Source: Octopus sinensis (lineage: Eukaryota). Taken from it: 64,000 bases of DNA. Positions 62,733-64,000 of this stretch are shown piece after piece (the stretch's first letter is position 1; each line of letters opens with the position of its first letter). The notes below the pieces were generated by a model. It had not been told where the DNA came from, did not search any database, and saw nothing but the letters and a program-made list of their open reading frames with translations. The translations under genes were made by a program, and so were the position numbers. The stretch spans positions 185,008,001 through 185,072,000 of the forward strand of contig NC_042998.1 of NCBI RefSeq assembly GCF_006345805.1, read 5' to 3'.

Positions 62733-64000
62733 TGTGTGTGTGTGTGGGGGTGTGTGTGTGTGGTGTGTGTGTGTGTGAGTGTGTGTGTGTCTGTGTGTGT
62801 GCGTGTATGCTTTATACGCTTTGTATGTTTATAGAACATCTAAACAAGTCTGTAGTTGGGCTTTTATTGTATTTAGCAATATCAACATTTATTGTTGCAA
62901 AAAAAAAAATTAATGAAAGAATACGAAAATATACAATCTCTCTGTGTCTCTCGTTTTTTTTTTCGTCTGTCACTCCCTCTTTCTCGGTATATATATATGT
63001 GTGTGTGTGTGTGTATTTGTGCCTATATGTGTGTATATGCGTATATGTGCTTATATGTGTGTATATGCACGTATGTTTCCATATATGTGTAGTTATTTTT
63101 ATATACATATATAAATGCATATATTTTTTATATACATATGTGTGTGTGTATGTGTGTGTGTGTGTCTGTGTGTTTTCTTTTTCCACCCTCTCTCTTATAA
63201 AGTGAGGGAAATTGAGAGAGAGAAGAAAGTAGAGAGAATTCCTTTTTCTCGTGTTACTGTTTTTATTTCTTCTTTTTTACCCTATCTTTCTTATGACGCT
63301 TCTCCTCCGCACTCCCCTTTATCTCCCTATCCTCTTTCTGCACCTCTCACCTTCTCTCATTTCCTACAACCCTCCTTACACCCCCTCTCTGTCCCTTTTT
63401 CTCTCTCTCTCCCTCTCTCTCCCTCTCCCTCTATGTCTTATATATATATATTTATCATTCCACGTAGAACTCATAAAATTCACATATAATCCGTTTCCCG
63501 CACAAGTTTCTTTACAACATTTCAAAGTCAGTCGTTATCATAAATGGCTGTTATTTTAATAGTAGTGGTTGTTGCTGTCGTAGTGGTTTGTTGTTGTCTT
63601 CGTGATTTGCTTGATTGTTGTTGATCTTCGTGTTGGAGTTGCTGTTTCCAGTGTTATTGTTGCTGTCGTTTGTTGGTCGCCATCGTCGTCCGCTTGTACA
63701 TAATTTCGCAGCTGATACAAGTATAGGATTACGAGCAAGTTACACGTTGCTATTTCATTAGACAAACTGTTGTGGTTTTCATTTGTAGGAGTATGTTGAT
63801 TATTCATAGCCTTACATTTTAAAAAAGAATTATCGAAGTAGTAAAGAACTATCAACACAAGACGTTATTGATTCTGACTGCGCAAACATGCACCACATGG
63901 ATTTTATATGCAACTCATTTATAAAAACCTATATGTTCGAAGAAAAGACAACTTTGAAATTCCTATCTACACCCACACACTCACGCACACACTCTTAAAT

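Overview
Repeat-dominated, AT-rich animal genomic DNA, most likely octopus/coleoid cephalopod (inferred from the tRNA-derived SINE families and extreme microsatellite density). No intact protein-coding gene can be supported; almost all ORFs in the supplied track are microsatellite artefacts. The window holds about 35 SINE copies or fragments from four families and two decayed R4/Dong-clade non-LTR elements. It also contains a full-length DD34D mariner nested in a SINE, a full-length DD37D (maT-type) element, MITE/foldback elements, an interrupted piggyBac, Penelope-like (GIY-YIG) remnants, a Helentron-type HINE and a 5'-truncated CR1/L2-group LINE. There is one 100-N assembly gap. Highlights: (1) a ~210-bp non-autonomous element in two inverted copies carrying a minimal hammerhead ribozyme fold, intact at 36661-36695, plus further hammerhead-like cores; (2) a SINE and LINE sharing a 3' tail whose stem-loop is kept by different base pairs; (3) a SINE that forms ~183-bp concatemers at a fixed junction, with a 14-bp TSD suggesting tail-microhomology self-targeting; (4) an R4 element missing both catalytic cores; (5) a ~660-bp palindrome that spans microsatellites; (6) a CpG/ETS/E-box promoter-like island with a candidate first coding exon on the minus strand. 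All alignments and folds were done by eye; family names come from recalled motifs and need database confirmation.
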